NCBI GenBank assembly: GCA_016926295.1 | Contig: JAFGOX010000041.1 | Coordinates: forward strand, 1 to 35,191 | Reading direction: 5' to 3' | From: Candidatus Iainarchaeum sp. | Lineage (GTDB): Archaea; Iainarchaeota; Iainarchaeia; JAFGOX01 | Length of the DNA stretch: 35,191 nucleotides | Part shown: piece by piece, positions 19,001-26,845 of the stretch | Position numbering within the stretch: the first letter of the stretch is position 1 | Layout: every line of letters starts with the position of its first letter | The notes under the pieces: model-generated | The model's input: the letters and a program-made list of their open reading frames with translations, nothing else | Told to the model about the DNA's origin: nothing | Databases searched by the model: none | Program-made: the position numbers and the translations under genes

Positions 19001-21445
19001 GTCCTTCTTCAATGCGTCAAGCATCTCCTGCCTTTCGCCCTTAATAATATGCCATTCCTTGATCTTGTCTTCGACCTTGTCCAGTTGTCTCAGGGACTCC
19101 ACTTTCTTCTCTTCGTACTCTGCAATCCCTGCAACCTCGTCAATCACGGTTCTTCTCATTCTAGGGGTCATTTCAATAACCCTTTCAATATCTCCCTGCA
19201 AAACAACGTTATGGCCGGAAGTACTGATATTAAGACTCATAAGCAACGCATGGATTGCGCTCCTTGTGGTCCTTTTCCCGTCAATTCTATAAACCGATTT
19301 GCCCTGTTTGTCAATTGTTCTCGTGACAACATAATCCTTTTCCCCGTCCTTTAGGACAACACTAACGCGGGCCTTGCCATCAACTGACTTGTGAAAAACT
19401 AGGTCACTTAATCTGTCTGCACGAATTGTCTTAAGACTGGAAATTCCAAAAACAAACATCAGAGCGTCAATTACATTGGAATTATGAACAATACAATTTT
19501 CTGCAACAAAATTATGATAAGGAATTACGGTTAAATCATAAACATATTTGTCTTTTGGGACAATCCTTCTTATATCTACTATTTCTTCCCAATAAACCTC
19601 TGAATTGGCCAATCTGCGTAACAACGTTATTTTTTCTCTTACTAGGACACTATTACTTTTCATAAGTTGTGAGAATGCTAATTTAATTTTAGATAAGGTT
19701 TGTCTGTTTGGTACTCTGGCGCCACGTATAAAATCACTAATATTATTCGCAACACCTGCATATTGTGCAAATCCTTTTTGACTTATTCTAAACGTGTGTA
19801 AAAATAAATCCAACCCCAAAAAAAGCTCATTTTCATTAACTTTTTCTATTTCATTTAATTTACTCTCAAAAATATCTGCAACCTCAATTAATCCTGCCCT
19901 ACTTGGTGCACAAGATCCTTCTAAATAAGCCTTAAGCTTTGGATGCCCAAAACCACTGAGTTCTTTTGAATTAACTCTTAATATAGAAAACAAATCACGA
20001 ATAATTGGCTGAACACCCGGTATAACATCAAAATTTGGATTTGTTTTTTTATTTTGGAAAGATTCTAAAACCTGCGTCAAAGTTTCTTTCTTTTTACCAA
20101 CAAGATAAATGTTTTCATTAAACAAACCTAAATTTCCCTTACCATAAATAGATAATCTATAATGGGTTCTACGAACTTTGTTCTTAGTATTAGCTGCACA
20201 TTTCTCAGTCTTACTAATTGTTGAAGAAATTCCTAACCTAAGCAGAAGCGTTTGCATAGCATATATTATATCTTTGCTGGCTGAAGTAAGTTCAAGATGA
20301 TTTTTAGAAACGTGGCCGTCACCAGAAAAATAACTTCCAATTAAGTGGCCTATTTCCTCATTTGTTAACTCAAACACAAAAGGACTAAATTTCTTAGTTG
20401 CTGCATGTGCACCTTGTTTTAAACCAAAAAGGTTTTCAAGATAAACGCCTGCAGCATGAGAAAAAATCATTGAATCATAGCAATTTGGCTTATACTTCTT
20501 TGTATATGCCATAGCCCCAAACAGTTTCTTTGATAGTTTTTCAAAATCTGCTATTATTTTCTTATCTTCATTAATAATTCTAATTTGATTTGAATTCTGG
20601 AACCCGCCTTCTGCGAATAAGTAACCCGCATACCTTGCCAAATCTGCACTAATTTTTGGAACTGCTACTGTTTTGTTTTGTGATTTTGATTTAATTTCTG
20701 TAACAAAGCTAACTATTTCATTTTCTCTACCAATTGCACATAATATTTTTACAAGCCAATAAATATTAACTGCTTGTTTATCCCTTATTCCTTTAATTAC
20801 ATTTTTTGGGATTCCAACTTTAACTGACACATTTACAACTGAACCATAAGCCTTCATTAAATCTGAAATTAAAGAATATACCTTATCTGAATAAGGAACA
20901 TAAATATTATCTTCAAGCCCAAATAAATTAAGTAATAAATTATCACGCCTAAGATTAACTTCTAATTTTCGCGGAGTTGCGACTTTAGAACCAACACTAA
21001 GTTCTTCTGCCTTAGCTGAAGTTATCTTTCCATCTTTTAGAATAATTAAGGGGTGATAAGGTGTTGTTGTAATTTCTTTTCCCGAGCGTAACTTTATATT
21101 TAATAAATTTTCAGGTGCAGTACGTTTTATGAATGCCGTAACTGGAACTTGCTCAATTTTTGCAGTATTTGGATTTAATGAAAGAATTTCTATGCCTTCG
21201 GGGTTACCCAAAGTAAAAATCCCATCATCCATATTTTCTGTTTCTGCGGTCTTAAGGAGTGCAGTATCTACAATATCTTTAATAGTTCTAACCTTTCCAT
21301 TCGCTAATTGAATCTTAGAATCTCCAACTAAACACTTGCCGGAGCCGTTTGCCCCCACAACCGCGGTCAACCCATTAGCAACGGGTATGTCTGCCTTCTT
21401 GAAAGACTTGAAATTTCTAAGTTTAAGCGCATGTATCTTAACCAT
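16100..21445 (-). CDS. smc: chromosome segregation protein SMC, intein-containing precursor (1781 aa; 1163 aa after splicing)
   Basis: NFKSF, Walker A GANGSGK|S, Q-loop LQG, coiled coils, hinge (GRV.FIPL, G...GG), LSGGEK, LDEADAALD, SH switch. Confidence 0.97.
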   Translation of the reverse strand: MVKIHALKLRNFKSFKKADIPVANGLTAVVGANGSGKCLVGDSKIQLANGKVRTIKDIVDTALLKTAETENMDDGIFTLGNPEGIEILSLNPNTAKIEQVPVTAFIKRTAPENLLNIKLRSGKEITTTPYHPLIILKDGKITSAKAEELSVGSKVATPRKLEVNLRRDNLLLNLFGLEDNIYVPYSDKVYSLISDLMKAYGSVVNVSVKVGIPKNVIKGIRDKQAVNIYWLVKILCAIGRENEIVSFVTEIKSKSQNKTVAVPKISADLARYAGYLFAEGGFQNSNQIRIINEDKKIIADFEKLSKKLFGAMAYTKKYKPNCYDSMIFSHAAGVYLENLFGLKQGAHAATKKFSPFVFELTNEEIGHLIGSYFSGDGHVSKNHLELTSASKDIIYAMQTLLLRLGISSTISKTEKCAANTKNKVRRTHYRLSIYGKGNLGLFNENIYLVGKKKETLTQVLESFQNKKTNPNFDVIPGVQPIIRDLFSILRVNSKELSGFGHPKLKAYLEGSCAPSRAGLIEVADIFESKLNEIEKVNENELFLGLDLFLHTFRISQKGFAQYAGVANNISDFIRGARVPNRQTLSKIKLAFSQLMKSNSVLVREKITLLRRLANSEVYWEEIVDIRRIVPKDKYVYDLTVIPYHNFVAENCIVHNSNVIDALMFVFGISSLKTIRADRLSDLVFHKSVDGKARVSVVLKDGEKDYVVTRTIDKQGKSVYRIDGKRTTRSAIHALLMSLNISTSGHNVVLQGDIERVIEMTPRMRRTVIDEVAGIAEYEEKKVESLRQLDKVEDKIKEWHIIKGERQEMLDALKKDKEDAERFQELNTKVKRIKSTVLGSEIQRYEKDFEHNRKLLESSDTKIKEAKEKIEELDAEISTWDKKLKDLNKEILESGGAGQTKLAQDMEKLRTDIELNKEKTKSRKEQISKNTQAIQELRERQSNIESEITQKENELKALEEKNAPELKKLKDLRDKQTELLEKYKQEDESAYEHESQLRKKSIEIDGLKEQFYLLKAAIDAYTREIEIKKEQSQGAEEAIKKAQSRYDAIEEELASYKNELDSVNRSISSYFEEEKRVNKKFETVENELKAIREDYVSLKTTLSTLKSAGLMQPPGVDALIEAKKKSEISGIYGTVADLCKYSDNNAVAIETAIGSKMFYVVVDDDKTATDCINYLKKKNLGRVAFIPLNKIRGRAITAEVKPLAKNAGAIDFAINLVDFRESFRPAFEYIFGDTLVIDKIESARKVGVGKIRMVTEDGDISESSGVMLGGSRNKKTLTIKDVKRVKELEQQVMDVEAMKRNALSDIERVRIESNELREKRAEIEGKIKEVEKERNILSEQLGDTQKGLLVSVKDIESHVKLKKKESEKLLTKISQLETEKKEIETLVAKSRASKSRLEIDDLSKQIDALKESMSTQTVGVQRLKTEIEQGLEIRKKETVAQIENISKETDSFDNEIKVSNNSITILSKELEKKEIELRKTSKSLETLLERKDAVDKKLEELGMSKGKHLGRISGIESSVNEARINMAKVETKLADLKEEFKQYVGVEPLKDSVSDLMRQLPELEAKIEALGAVNMRALTLYDEYLQKINEIEEKIDILRREREVVLDMISKIDSKREKAFRETFDSIRVNFETVYPQLTEGKGTLKIDNEEDLFNSGLLIEAAPKGRAMLRNIDALSGGEKTLTSLAFLFAIQQHKPAPFYILDEADAALDAVNANKLGGLLKNYANISQFVIISHNDIVIRAVDQVIGVARGADGSSVVGLKLSGKDVQKPITDETIKIEE
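19481..21334 (-). mobile_element. intein (618 aa) with LAGLIDADG homing endonuclease and HTH-like insertions
   Basis: Block A CLVGDS, block B TTTPYHP, block C YAGYLFAEG, block E LIGSYFSGDG, block F VYDLTV..HNF, block G IVHN followed by +1 Ser. Visibly more AT-rich than the flanking smc. Confidence 0.96.
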
Positions 21446-21479
21446 GTTGGGCCGCCCTGATATTTACTGTAGTTACTGA

Positions 21480-22304
21480 CTATTTCTTGTTTTCTGAATA
21501 ATAGTACGAAGGGACTAAAAACATATACCAAGCCAAAACCCCGTTTACAAGCGCCAGAGAGACGCTCAGAAGAGGCTCGTCCAGATTGATTAAGACAAAG
21601 CTTAGTAAGTTGAAAACTACCGTGACAATAATTCCGCTCGCCAAGACAAGCAGGAATATGTGCAAGTACTTGCCCCTTGAAAACTCCAGGCTTGCGCGTA
21701 TCGCCTTCTGCGGCTTCAAATCAGCATTCATTACAAATGCCGGAATTGCCACGAAAAGCTTTATTACAAACATGAAAGCCAGTACTGCAAATAATAGTAC
21801 GAATAATGTTGAAATTACTGTACTAATAATCCCCATATTCGGGAGTAATGTAAAGGCTTGGAACAATACAAGGAATAGCAATCCTACCACCATACTAAAA
21901 AGGAATAGCAGGAAGCTGAGTGATATCATTCCGGGGACTCTTTTGAATAATAATCCAAGCTCGTGAGAAAGGGGGGTGGTTTCTTTTGCTGACTTAACGC
22001 CGGCTGCTGCAAGGGCAAATAAGAAGACGCTAAAGAAGAATCCTACAAACCCTAACAGTATAAGGAAATTGAATGCGTCAGGCTGGGTTGCGTAAAGGGC
22101 GGACGGTACTGCTGCCAAGGGCTGGCCTGCCCCGAGGATGGTAAACATGGAGTCTGCCAAATCATATGACACATTTAGCAAATAGTCTGAAAATGCAAAA
22201 CTCATGATTAAATTTATAGCAATAAACAGAACCAAAATCAAGGGCGCTTTGGCGAATTGCTCAAAGGGCTTTATCAAATATTTTAGGCACATCTCTACCA
22301 CCAT
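21480..22304 (-). CDS. multi-pass membrane protein
   Basis: About 6 TM helices and an A...S...S.G motif typical of uncharacterised archaeal membrane proteins. Confidence 0.8.
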   Translation of the reverse strand: MVVEMCLKYLIKPFEQFAKAPLILVLFIAINLIMSFAFSDYLLNVSYDLADSMFTILGAGQPLAAVPSALYATQPDAFNFLILLGFVGFFFSVFLFALAAAGVKSAKETTPLSHELGLLFKRVPGMISLSFLLFLFSMVVGLLFLVLFQAFTLLPNMGIISTVISTLFVLLFAVLAFMFVIKLFVAIPAFVMNADLKPQKAIRASLEFSRGKYLHIFLLVLASGIIVTVVFNLLSFVLINLDEPLLSVSLALVNGVLAWYMFLVPSYYYSENKK

Positions 22305-22398
22305 CTCCTTATTAAAACCTTTGCCTGCATAGGTTATATATTGAATTTAACCAACTAACGCACAAGTCTTTTTAAATGTATATAACAGGTGTTAAAGT

Positions 22399-22683
22399 AT
22401 GGAATTCCCATTGAAAATCAATATGTACTGCCCTAAATGCAACAAGCACTCCGAGCACAAGCTCAAGGAATGGAAAAAGGGTAAGCGAGACTTCATGAGA
22501 AAGAAAAGTAGATTTGTCTACGGAAAACGTTTCATGGGTTATGGTGCCAACAGGCCAAAGGCTACAGGCACTAAGAAGCAGGCAAAGCGTTTTATTGCAC
22601 TGGCAACCTGTAGTATCTGCAAAAGAAAAGTTTACTTCAAATCAGCAACAAGAATGAAAAAAGCACAATTAGCGCAAAAATAA
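22399..22683 (+). CDS. rpl44e: 50S ribosomal protein eL42 (L44e)
   Basis: P..I..YCP.C.KH..H, KKGK, GYG, C..C zinc ribbon. Confidence 0.9.
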   Translation: MEFPLKINMYCPKCNKHSEHKLKEWKKGKRDFMRKKSRFVYGKRFMGYGANRPKATGTKKQAKRFIALATCSICKRKVYFKSATRMKKAQLAQK

Positions 22684-22723
22684 GCTATTTCTACTGGCAA
22701 TTTGTGAACAAATTTATACAATG

Positions 22724-22785
22724 TGAATCAGTAGCCAGTTTGCTCATCATTCCTAAGTCAGCGTTTGTTCACATCATCATCTTCT
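22724..22785 (-). ncRNA. box C/D methylation guide sRNA
   Basis: C AUGAUGA (22780-22774), 12-nt guide UGUGAACAAACG, D' CUGA (22761-22758), 7-nt spacer, C' AUGAUGA (22750-22744), 12-nt guide GCAAACUGGCUA, D CUGA (22731-22728). All four boxes are perfect with canonical 12-nt guides. Confidence 0.92.
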
Positions 22786-22806
22786 TCTAAAGTAGGAGAA
22801 CAAGCA

Positions 22807-22814
22807 TTTATAAA
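22807..22814 (-). promoter_or_regulatory. candidate TATA box for the C/D sRNA
   Basis: TTTATAAA immediately 3' of tRNA-Phe, about 26 nt upstream of box C. Confidence 0.5.
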
Positions 22815-22815
22815 G

Positions 22816-22888
22816 TGGGAAGGGTGGGAATTGAACCCACGGCCTCTCGGTCTTCAGCCGAGCGCTCTCCCGACTGAGCTACCTTCCC
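22816..22888 (-). tRNA. tRNA-Phe (GAA), no intron, CCA not encoded
   Basis: GGGAAGG/CCUUCCC acceptor, GCUC/GAGC D-stem, CUCGG-CUGAAGA-CCGAG anticodon arm, GUGGG-UUCAAUU-CCCAC T-arm, discriminator A. Confidence 0.97.
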
Positions 22889-22997
22889 TAAAAGTCGGAT
22901 GTGAGATACTAAGCATTAGCGTAAAAAAGGCTTTAAATGTATTAGGTCAACCTGGCTGATTTCCTATTTAAAAATGTTTCCACGCTCTAGTTTATAT

Positions 22998-24269
22998 ATG
23001 AGGGCGGGGAGATTAATACTGCTATTGTTAATTTTGCCTTTTTTTGTTAATGCGTATGAGTGCAATGTAGATATTACTAACTACACGACTGACACAACAG
23101 TCAGCGCAAGCAGTTCAATACTGTACAAGATATATGTTGCCAACAAGGGCAGCGATACAATTGACCTTATTTTCACAACCAACAGTCCTTACAGTTATGA
23201 TATAGACCCATTAACAAAATCCTTAAGCCCCGGAAGGGGCCAGTGGGTTGACTTCAGGGTTTATGTCCCCAGCTCAGCAAGCAACGGGCAAAAGCAGATT
23301 AATTTCAATGCAGTAAGATACGACGGAAGCACAAGCTGTGTGAATGAGGGCTATCTGTCACTTTACGTGATAAACGGCTCGGGGAATACAACCAGTGACA
23401 GCTTAAGCTATGAGAATGTGGAAATAACCAACTGGCCTTCAGACATGTCAAGTCTGGCAGGGCAAAGCCTGACTTTCGGATTTGTGCTGAAGAACAGGAG
23501 CTATGACGGAATAAGTGTTGACGTAGGACTTGACACCCGCATCAAGTGGGAGTGCGATACAACCAATGTTTATCTGGGCCCTTATGACTCAAAGAATATA
23601 CAGTTCACTGTTTACCCGACAAACAATGACGCAGGGAACAACACAGTAAAGTTCTTTGCGAATTACAAAGGGCATACATTGAGAAAGGAACTGGGGCTTC
23701 TGGTCTATGAAACTACTGAGGCAAATGATAAAACAATAACCGAACCCATAACACAAATCGGGCAATTGACTTTGGAAACAAAAGATCTGGAACGAAAAAT
23801 AGTCGGAAACAATGTCGAGAATGAATTCACTTTAGTTGTAAAAAATGAGAATCCGTTTGATACAGTCGCAGAGGAAATAGTAGTTGAGGACATTCCCGAA
23901 GACTGGAGCGTAAAGATAGAAAGAGACTCGTTCATGGTTTTTTCCGGGGAAATTGCGGAAACAAAAATCAAAATAATTCCAATCGGTGAGACCAGGGATG
24001 CTACAGCAAAAATCAGCATTTACTATGCCGGACAGAAGACAGGAACAACGACTATTGAAATAAACGAAGAACTTACCCCTTTGGGAGGAAGCGGTTTATT
24101 CCTTGGAGCTAGCGGGGGCGTTTTGCAGGCTGTGCTTGCAATAGTCGGCGCGGTATTGTTGATTATGTTTATCTCTAATTTAGTTAGACGATATGAATAC
24201 GAAAGAACAACGAAGGAACAGGAGCTTGCAAAAAGAAAGCAGGAAGAGCAGATGAGGCATTATTTTTAA
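22998..24269 (+). CDS. Ig-like/NEW3-type repeat surface protein (COG1470-like) with C-terminal TM anchor
   Basis: Signal peptide, repeats V.N.G...L.PG...V.F.V.VP, DIP.DW motif, C-terminal TM plus charged tail. Start set to the ATG at 22998. Confidence 0.8.
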   Translation: MRAGRLILLLLILPFFVNAYECNVDITNYTTDTTVSASSSILYKIYVANKGSDTIDLIFTTNSPYSYDIDPLTKSLSPGRGQWVDFRVYVPSSASNGQKQINFNAVRYDGSTSCVNEGYLSLYVINGSGNTTSDSLSYENVEITNWPSDMSSLAGQSLTFGFVLKNRSYDGISVDVGLDTRIKWECDTTNVYLGPYDSKNIQFTVYPTNNDAGNNTVKFFANYKGHTLRKELGLLVYETTEANDKTITEPITQIGQLTLETKDLERKIVGNNVENEFTLVVKNENPFDTVAEEIVVEDIPEDWSVKIERDSFMVFSGEIAETKIKIIPIGETRDATAKISIYYAGQKTGTTTIEINEELTPLGGSGLFLGASGGVLQAVLAIVGAVLLIMFISNLVRRYEYERTTKEQELAKRKQEEQMRHYF

Positions 24270-24323
24270 AAATCAACAATCAACGAACCAAAAATACAAA
24301 TATTACTAATAGCATAATAAATC

Positions 24324-24554
24324 GTGAAGAAATTGAGAAGAGACTGGGGTGTTGAGCAGTTTCGGGCTGCCGAGCTGGAAATAAACCAATTGACAGAAAG
24401 AATAGACAATTTGGCAGCAAGGGACGATTTAAATCCTAACACGCAAAATGAGAGGCTGGACAGTTTAATCTGGGACAAATACTTATTGCAGATTAAGGTA
24501 AATAAAGAAAGGCTGCATATGAAAAGAATGCGGGAGAAACTTCTGGAGAATTAA
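24324..24554 (+). CDS. hypothetical helical protein
   Basis: GTG-start ORF with coding-like charged composition, abutting the next ORF. No SD seen. Confidence 0.45.
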   Translation: MKKLRRDWGVEQFRAAELEINQLTERIDNLAARDDLNPNTQNERLDSLIWDKYLLQIKVNKERLHMKRMREKLLEN

Positions 24555-24555
24555 T

Positions 24556-24831
24556 ATGGATTATGAGGAAATAAAAAAAAATCCTGAGTATACCCGGATA
24601 ACTGACGAAATAACAAGGATAATTGAACTGACCCCCGAAGACATGTTTAATGCAATAAAGAAATGCCAAATAATGGGCCCGATTGTTGACTTCAAAGATA
24701 TTAAGAAAGACGAGTTCTTTATGAGCGAGTTCAATAAGATGAAACTAAAAATGATAGATATCGAGGCAGACCCACTGATAAGAAAAAGGAACGAACTGAT
24801 TGATTCATTAAAAAATAAAAATAAAAAATAG
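24556..24831 (+). CDS. hypothetical protein
   Basis: GGAG SD before the ATG; charged, helical sequence. Confidence 0.6.
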   Translation: MDYEEIKKNPEYTRITDEITRIIELTPEDMFNAIKKCQIMGPIVDFKDIKKDEFFMSEFNKMKLKMIDIEADPLIRKRNELIDSLKNKNKK

Positions 24832-24849
24832 AGAAGACAAGAAAGATTT

Positions 24850-25593
24850 TTACCTTCTTTTCTTGGCTGCTACTCGAGTTGGTTTTGCTTCTAATCTTTC
24901 GAAGAAACCATCGAATACTTGTTGGTGTTTCTTTGCTGATATGGCAATTGGGTCTTTAAGTCCCCATCCAAGTGCGATTGCTACTCCAACACCTAATGCT
25001 ACAGATACTGCAGCTACGAAAAGCACAAATGCCTGTTGAAGTATTGATATGTCAACACCCGGTAAGAACATTGGTAATGCTATTACTAATGCCATATATC
25101 CTACAAATACCTTTATTACAAAGGCTACGCTTTCAGCCATTGCTAGTTCTTTCTTTCCAATGATCATGTCACCAATGTACCTTGCGAATAGTAAGGCTGC
25201 GACAACGATCAAGATACCTTGTGCTAAGCCAGGAAGGTATGCTAATACCCAAAGTATTACTGTTGAGAAGTATCCAAGGCTTACGATTTCTGTAGCTTGA
25301 CCAAGGAACAAGAATATTATGTACAGTGTAAGAAAGAAGTTTATTATTGTTGTTAATGTGTATTTTCCTAGAGTCGGTGTAATTCCCTGTTTCGCTATCT
25401 TTTCCTCTATTTCAAACTCATCCATGGCTTTCCTGACAATTGTTGTAATTATCCATGCTACGATATAACCAATAGCAAAGAAAAGCAATACAACAATAAG
25501 TGCTAAAAATGCACCCAGAATGCCAGTTGCGGTATCTGCGAAGAAAGCTGACAACTTAGCATAAACGGCTGTTGGGAGTGTTTCTGCTGTCAT
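24850..25593 (-). CDS. conserved TM-helix repeat protein (CmpX/MscS-associated type)
   Basis: IGYIVA.I, YLP.L..GILI, A.GV..AIA.GWG.KD. Strong GGAGGTGA SD. No soluble MscS cage domain. Confidence 0.8.
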   Translation of the reverse strand: MTAETLPTAVYAKLSAFFADTATGILGAFLALIVVLLFFAIGYIVAWIITTIVRKAMDEFEIEEKIAKQGITPTLGKYTLTTIINFFLTLYIIFLFLGQATEIVSLGYFSTVILWVLAYLPGLAQGILIVVAALLFARYIGDMIIGKKELAMAESVAFVIKVFVGYMALVIALPMFLPGVDISILQQAFVLFVAAVSVALGVGVAIALGWGLKDPIAISAKKHQQVFDGFFERLEAKPTRVAAKKRR

Positions 25594-25774
25594 TTAATCT
25601 TCACCTCCATATATGAAGTGACTTTAATAAGCATACTTTCTTTATAAAGGTTTTGATTTAGACTGGATTCAAAAGTAGTTACAAAAGACTAAACAACAAA
25701 AAGTTTTCCAGATATTTTCGGAACATAAATCAGGGCCATAGCGCAGAATGCAAAAACCTGAAGTGTTCCCATTG

Positions 25775-25836
25775 CTAAAAACAAAATACAAAAAGAATAA
25801 AAAGAATGAACGGGACAGCCCAAAAAAAGCTGCCCG
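25775..25836 (-). terminator. GC hairpin followed by U-rich tracts downstream of trmB
   Basis: CGGGCAGC-loop-GCUG(U)CCCG (25836-25811), then UUCUUUUUAUUCUUUUUGUAUUUUGUUUUU. Confidence 0.55.
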
Positions 25837-25869
25837 CGTTGCATACACTTGAAATAGAGAAGAATTATC

Positions 25870-26634
25870 TTATTTCAGAAGTTTCTGGAAATTTTGGGCA
25901 AATTCTTGGCTTCTTACCCACAAGGCAACTTCGTTCTTTGCGCCACCGTTTTTTGCTTCAGGAGTTAAAAGCAAAATTGCGTGGTCGTTGTCGAACAACA
26001 TGAACCTGTATCCGTTTTCTGCGTGGTTCAAAGTAGCATAATCCCTCAACTTCTCTGCAGCTTTTGCATTTGCGCCTTTTATCGGTGCTCTAATGCTTAT
26101 CTTTACGCCTTTGTTCTTTGCGGCCTTCAAAGATTTCTGCAGTGTTGTTGATTTTCTTGCAAGCCCTGCTTCAGATGTCGATATGACAATGTTCTGGCTT
26201 GCATTTTCAATAAGCTCTTGCATCTTTGTGTAGATGTTACCTCTTCCTCTCAATGTCCATACAAGGTCCATTGACGCAGAATCAGCAATATCGCTACCAG
26301 AATCAGAAACAAGAACGTCTTTAAGTTCTCCAGTGATTGAATCAATGCTCTTAATGTGCGCTTCATGCTCAGAAGCTTTTGTTTTCTTAAGAACATCTGA
26401 AACTGCTGCTATTTCCCTTGCGCTGTATTTTACAGGTCTGCCGGGTTGTACCATGACAAAGCCCTTTTTCTCAAGGGATGCTAAAACATCATATTGCCTA
26501 GGTCTAGGTATCTTAGCCAAGGCACTTATTTTACCAGCTGTGGCTGAACCATTCTTTGACAATGCATAGTAGGTTCTAGACTCATACTGGTTTAGTCCAA
26601 GTTTTGACAATAAGTCTAATGCTGACTTTTCCAT
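25870..26634 (-). CDS. TrmB family transcriptional regulator
   Basis: LGL.QYE...Y..L, A..IS..A.IPRPR.YDVL.SL..KGFV wHTH, plus a PLD-like C-terminal effector domain. Confidence 0.92.
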   Translation of the reverse strand: MEKSALDLLSKLGLNQYESRTYYALSKNGSATAGKISALAKIPRPRQYDVLASLEKKGFVMVQPGRPVKYSAREIAAVSDVLKKTKASEHEAHIKSIDSITGELKDVLVSDSGSDIADSASMDLVWTLRGRGNIYTKMQELIENASQNIVISTSEAGLARKSTTLQKSLKAAKNKGVKISIRAPIKGANAKAAEKLRDYATLNHAENGYRFMLFDNDHAILLLTPEAKNGGAKNEVALWVRSQEFAQNFQKLLK

Positions 26635-26666
26635 TTTATTTCAACTCCTCTACCTCAAAGTGTATC

Positions 26667-26695
26667 TACTATACTATAATAACATTAGTAAAGTA
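26667..26695. promoter_or_regulatory. candidate TrmB auto-operator
   Basis: TACTATACTA-N9-TAGTAAAGTA inverted repeat (1 mismatch) abutting the minus-strand TTTAAATA box at 26694-26701. Confidence 0.45.
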
Positions 26696-26845
26696 TTTAA
26701 ACATGTGCCCACTTATATTATATTAGTGTTACCCATAAGTAGGTGTAACAGGGGAGAATCAAGGGGAGAACAAAGTAAAATAAGCTCAAATAAGGCTTTT
26801 AAGCCAATATAAAGGCTTAATAACCCTTAAAAAGAAGGTGCCTAA

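Noticed and set aside
22765-22959. 64-aa ORF on the + strand
   Set aside because: Antisense to tRNA-Phe and the C/D sRNA; its translation is the typical tRNA shadow
22816-24849. Possible island integrated at tRNA-Phe carrying the small hypothetical ORFs
   Set aside because: No integrase, no duplicated tRNA 3' end, and the ORFs lie on the 5' side of the tRNA
25689-25844. 51-aa hydrophobic minus-strand ORF (MQRGQLFLGC...) and the 65-aa + ORF at 25806
   Set aside because: Hydrophobicity follows from terminator-like T-tracts, there is no clear SD, and both overlap the trmB hairpin
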